NCBI GenBank assembly: GCA_964012805.1
Contig: CAXGUD010000012.1
Span: forward strand, 32,001-96,000
Origin: an uncultured Bacteriovoracaceae bacterium
GTDB taxonomy: Bacteria > Bdellovibrionota > Bacteriovoracia > Bacteriovoracales > Bacteriovoracaceae
DNA: 64,000 nucleotides
Direction: 5' to 3'
The translations under genes and the position numbers were made by a program. Shown piece after piece: positions 60,733 to 64,000 of this stretch (its first letter is position 1; every line of letters starts with the position of its first letter). The notes beneath the pieces are model-generated. The model did not search any database. It had not been told where the DNA came from and worked only from the letters and a program-made list of their open reading frames with translations.

Positions 60733-61812
60733 ATGGGTTTTATTGATAAATGGAAAACTATCATTCTAAGATTAGTCTTTTCTATTCTTTTAGTTAACTC
60801 AACACTTTCTTTTTCCCAATTTGAACTGGGAGATGAACCAGGCTATGGAGGCTTCAATCATAAGCCCATGGTTGGAGGAACTTTGTGGCAAGGGAGTTTA
60901 CCGACAGGCTCTAGTTCAAATCCAGGTAGACCTGGCATGTTTAAGCTTATGTGGAACTCAAAGGTGACTCGGGTTGATATGATAGGGCAGGCACAGGCAA
61001 CAATAGGTCCTGCCAAGGCCGGGGCCGAGGTTTGGAAAACCTATGATGTTGAAAAAAAGACATTTAAGGATGCCACTTTAAAAACGAACTTCAGTATTGG
61101 TGTTGGAATGGCCAAAACAGAAATAAGAACTGTCGGAAAGCTAAAGGACCCTATGAAATCCAAGGTAACGGGTTATGGTGGTATAAAGCAAGGGGGAGTT
61201 GAAGCGGGCCTTCGAACGGACTTTAAAGGAAAAATAACGGCCGAGGCAAAGGCCGGAGTGGGCCCAGTGAAATTAAAATATAAAGAAATTGTGGCCAAAC
61301 CAAAAAGTGACGGGTCTTTTACAAATGTTGATGGAAAGAAAACCCATGTGGCCTCAGGGACAAGCCTTATTGATTCTCTTTTTGGTGTTTTTGGTTCTAA
61401 TTGGCATACTCATGTTGCAGAAAACACAACGATTTCTTATGAAGATAAAATTGGTAGTAACACGGTTAAGTTGCAAGATGCTGAGAACTATCAGTTAGGT
61501 GGGACAATTGACGGAATTGGACTCAAGGTTGGTAAATCAAAAGGGAATGAAACTTTTTGGGCCGGAACGGGGAATGCCCAGGTTGGTTATGTGAGAAAAA
61601 AGGATGATTCGACAAAAGTCTCCATGAGGGCCTCAACTTTTCTTATGCCGAACGTAAAAGCTGGTGGGGGAGTTGACCTCTATATGGTGCCTATGACCCC
61701 TGAAGAAATTAAGATTAGAAATGAAAACCTTTCTAAAAAACTTCAAAATAACTACTCATCAAGCATGGCCGAGAATATGGGGTTTGTGACTTGGCAAGAA
61801 TCCGATGTTTAA
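60733..61812 (+). CDS. Hypothetical exported Gly-rich, beta-strand-rich protein
   Basis: Signal peptide; recurring short strands such as ATIGPAKAGAEV and AKAGVGPVKLKY. Confidence 0.65.
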   Translation: MGFIDKWKTIILRLVFSILLVNSTLSFSQFELGDEPGYGGFNHKPMVGGTLWQGSLPTGSSSNPGRPGMFKLMWNSKVTRVDMIGQAQATIGPAKAGAEVWKTYDVEKKTFKDATLKTNFSIGVGMAKTEIRTVGKLKDPMKSKVTGYGGIKQGGVEAGLRTDFKGKITAEAKAGVGPVKLKYKEIVAKPKSDGSFTNVDGKKTHVASGTSLIDSLFGVFGSNWHTHVAENTTISYEDKIGSNTVKLQDAENYQLGGTIDGIGLKVGKSKGNETFWAGTGNAQVGYVRKKDDSTKVSMRASTFLMPNVKAGGGVDLYMVPMTPEEIKIRNENLSKKLQNNYSSSMAENMGFVTWQESDV

Positions 61813-61820
61813 AGGTTATC

Positions 61821-61849
61821 AAAAAGGAAGGACAAAGATGTCCTTCCTA
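61821..61849 (-). terminator. Intrinsic terminator between convergent genes
   Basis: AAAAAGGAAGGACA-AAGA-TGTCCTTCCT, with the T-run on the minus strand. Confidence 0.75.
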
Positions 61850-61862
61850 ATCTAAAATCTTA

Positions 61863-62129
61863 TTATTCTAACTTTTTTGCTGTCCAATGAAATTCCACAA
61901 AAGGCTTAATCTCAAAGGAGGCCAGGTAAGGTACTTCTACACCGACTAGAGGCCTGATTCTTAATTTTATCTTATGAAGGTCCCAAAAAGAGTTATAATC
62001 TTGCATAAAAGATTCTTCATTAGTTCCAAAAGATTCTATTTCTTGCTCTAACCATTGATTATAAGAAACCTTCTCTGCATAAACATTAAAAGCTATAAGA
62101 AAAAAGATAATACCAAATATTTTTTTCAT
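61863..62129 (-). CDS. Small exported protein with one Pepco/Trypco-like hairpin unit
   Basis: Signal peptide (VYA); WDLHKIKLRIRPLVGVEVPYLASFEIKPFVEFHWTAK. Confidence 0.65.
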   Translation of the reverse strand: MKKIFGIIFFLIAFNVYAEKVSYNQWLEQEIESFGTNEESFMQDYNSFWDLHKIKLRIRPLVGVEVPYLASFEIKPFVEFHWTAKKLE

Positions 62130-62138
62130 TTTTTTCTC

Positions 62139-63302
62139 CTAATTAAAATAAAGCGCTATATGAGGAATTCCTGAAACTTTAACTGGGCCTAAAGATCCAC
62201 CCATGGAAAACTTAAATTGTGATTTAATTTTTTTGATTTTCCATTGACTTCTATGACTAACTTTTGAACCAAACCTTTTCATAAACTTATGAGAAAATTT
62301 AAAGGCCTTTTTAAGTCCTTTTTTAACTTTCCTCTTTTTTATTTTAAAAAAGTAACTTTTTCCAAGGCTTTTTTCAGTTCCGTTGGCCATGACAAGTATT
62401 TCACCGTCTAGGTTATTAGATTTTACAGTTTTGTTATAATCTTCTGTCCTTTTAAAAAAGACAGAAGGAACTGCATAACCGCCTAATTCAGCAAGACCTA
62501 GTTTTCCCTTAGCAGAAACTCCAAGACCAATTTCTACTCGGCTAAGAGAGAGACCTTTTTTTTCGTATTTTGGAATACTAGAAAATAATATGTCACCCAT
62601 GTCTTCAAAAAAAGCCGTTAACTCATGATTTGAAGAAGCCTTCACCTTTTTGGTCAAGTCTTTTCTTTTCCACTCAAGTCGTAAACGTGTATCTCCACCG
62701 ATTTTTATTAATGGCCCAAAAACAATTTTACCCGTTGCTTTAATTCCCATTTCTAATCTTAATTTATTGGCCTTCCATCCGGAAAAATGCATTTGGGATA
62801 ACGATTCACCTAGTTGGTGGAAGTTTTTCATTGCTTTCTCAAGCCCTTTAGAAAGAACCTTTCCATTTTTAACTTTCCCAGAGTTAACCATCTTTTTTAC
62901 AATGAAATGAACTTGTGAGTTGATAGATTCTTCAGTTGTCGACTCATCAAAGCTAATGACATTTTCTTTTATGGCCTTCTCTTGTTCTTTTCTTGTCCAG
63001 TCAACTTCAAGGACTTTGGTTCCACCCCAAGAATAAATCCCTAGCTTTCCAGAAAGACCTAAAGCGAGAGACGTTTGGAAGCCTGAAAATTTCCACGAAG
63101 AATTGTTTATTGACTTTGTTTCTTTGAGGCTTAGAAATTGATGAGAGTCGACATAATTTGTTAAAAAACCGTCTATTGAAGATAGGTCATCTTCCATAAT
63201 GGATTTTTCATTACTATCTGAAAACCAATAAGAGCTAAGATGCCCCTCTTTTCCATGAAGATTTGTTGTGACTAATAGGAGTAAAATTAAATATCTGATC
63301 AT
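62139..63302 (-). CDS. Exported protein with four helix plus beta-hairpin (Pepco/Trypco-like) repeats
   Basis: Signal peptide and four internal repeats, detailed in the findings. Confidence 0.7.
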   Translation of the reverse strand: MIRYLILLLLVTTNLHGKEGHLSSYWFSDSNEKSIMEDDLSSIDGFLTNYVDSHQFLSLKETKSINNSSWKFSGFQTSLALGLSGKLGIYSWGGTKVLEVDWTRKEQEKAIKENVISFDESTTEESINSQVHFIVKKMVNSGKVKNGKVLSKGLEKAMKNFHQLGESLSQMHFSGWKANKLRLEMGIKATGKIVFGPLIKIGGDTRLRLEWKRKDLTKKVKASSNHELTAFFEDMGDILFSSIPKYEKKGLSLSRVEIGLGVSAKGKLGLAELGGYAVPSVFFKRTEDYNKTVKSNNLDGEILVMANGTEKSLGKSYFFKIKKRKVKKGLKKAFKFSHKFMKRFGSKVSHRSQWKIKKIKSQFKFSMGGSLGPVKVSGIPHIALYFN

Positions 63303-63325
63303 TTTAGTACCCTCTCTTTAAATAT

Positions 63326-63634
63326 TTATTTTTTTGAAAAATAGAGTTTAAAATAAGGTTCTGCCGTTGCGGTTATTAGACTTCCAATACCTAACTTCAT
63401 TTTTATATAGGTTCCAACTGAAACTTTATAAAAAGAGAATTTACTTTTATCTAAAGATTCAAGTGTCGATTCGGAAAGAATAGAAATTGATTTTTTTAAT
63501 TTTAAATCCCATTCACTTTTTTTAAGACTAACTTCTTTTGGGTTTCCTTTACTATCCAAACCTATTAAAGGTAAAGATGAACTATTGGCGACTGAAATAA
63601 GAAAGAAATAGAGAAAAATTGCTTTTTTAATCAT
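63326..63634 (-). CDS. Small exported protein with one Pepco/Trypco-like hairpin unit
   Basis: GGAGG RBS, signal peptide, FSFYKVSVGTYIKMKLGIGSLITATAEPYFKLYFSKK. Confidence 0.68.
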   Translation of the reverse strand: MIKKAIFLYFFLISVANSSSLPLIGLDSKGNPKEVSLKKSEWDLKLKKSISILSESTLESLDKSKFSFYKVSVGTYIKMKLGIGSLITATAEPYFKLYFSKK

Positions 63635-63825
63635 TTAAGTGCCTCCATTAAAAATAAATCAATTTGATCATTTATACTCTTTTAAAGTAAATTTAAGGTT
63701 TTTTTCATGTTTCAAAAATAAACTTAAATATTAAAAAAACGTTAAGAATTGGTTCTGGCTTATTGCAAGGGCCATTGCTATGAAGTTTGAAGTGTATATT
63801 AGAGGGAAGTTTGGAAATTACTCCT

Positions 63826-63999
63826 TTATTTCTTTAAGTTTATCTGAAATGAGCTTTCAACAAAAGTACTCATAGCTTCCATTTGGTAGCTTTTATCATC
63901 GATATTAAGATCCTTTTTCCTCTTTTGGCTAAGGTCTTGATATTTAATTAAAAAGGAAAGAGAGCTGAAATTAAATAAGATAAATAAGATCATGGCAGT
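63826..63999 (-). CDS. Possible 3' end of a gene entering from beyond the window
   Basis: Frame is open from the window edge (TAMILFILFNF...QINLKK*) for 57 codons. Confidence 0.3.
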   Translation of the reverse strand, partial: TAMILFILFNFSSLSFLIKYQDLSQKRKKDLNIDDKSYQMEAMSTFVESSFQINLKK

Positions 64000-64000
64000 G

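Noticed and set aside
2999..62910. Numerous 60-145 aa ORFs in the track overlapping longer genes (for example 14138..14560, 24061..24423, 58033..58467)
   Set aside because: Antisense or off-frame shadows of well-supported genes, with no motifs.

Overview
AT-rich bacterial chromosomal window with about 50 CDS. I saw no rRNA, tRNA, CRISPR array or transposase. The gene content suggests a Bdellovibrionota/Bacteriovorax-like predator (inference only): many signal-peptide hydrolases, orphan family-3 solute-binding proteins and membrane-anchored CheA-like kinases. Housekeeping genes include uvrA, a DbpA-type DEAD-box helicase, Maf, YaiI, an MlaEFD-like operon, DsbA and GST. Three observations stand out. 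(1) A choline/carnitine O-acyltransferase gene lies 1 nt upstream of an SMR quaternary-cation exporter and about 9 kb from a close homologue of the animal high-affinity choline transporter CHT1/SLC5A7; this is a candidate bacterial acyl/acetylcholine synthesis-and-export system. (2) A three-gene operon of secreted proteins is built from six Pepco/Trypco-like helix plus beta-hairpin units, a candidate hetero-oligomeric beta-barrel. (3) Five related membrane sensor-PAS proteins occur: three end in Hpt plus CheA-like kinase, and two share an unrecognised kinase-less C-terminal domain. All calls come from reading motifs by eye; no searches were run.
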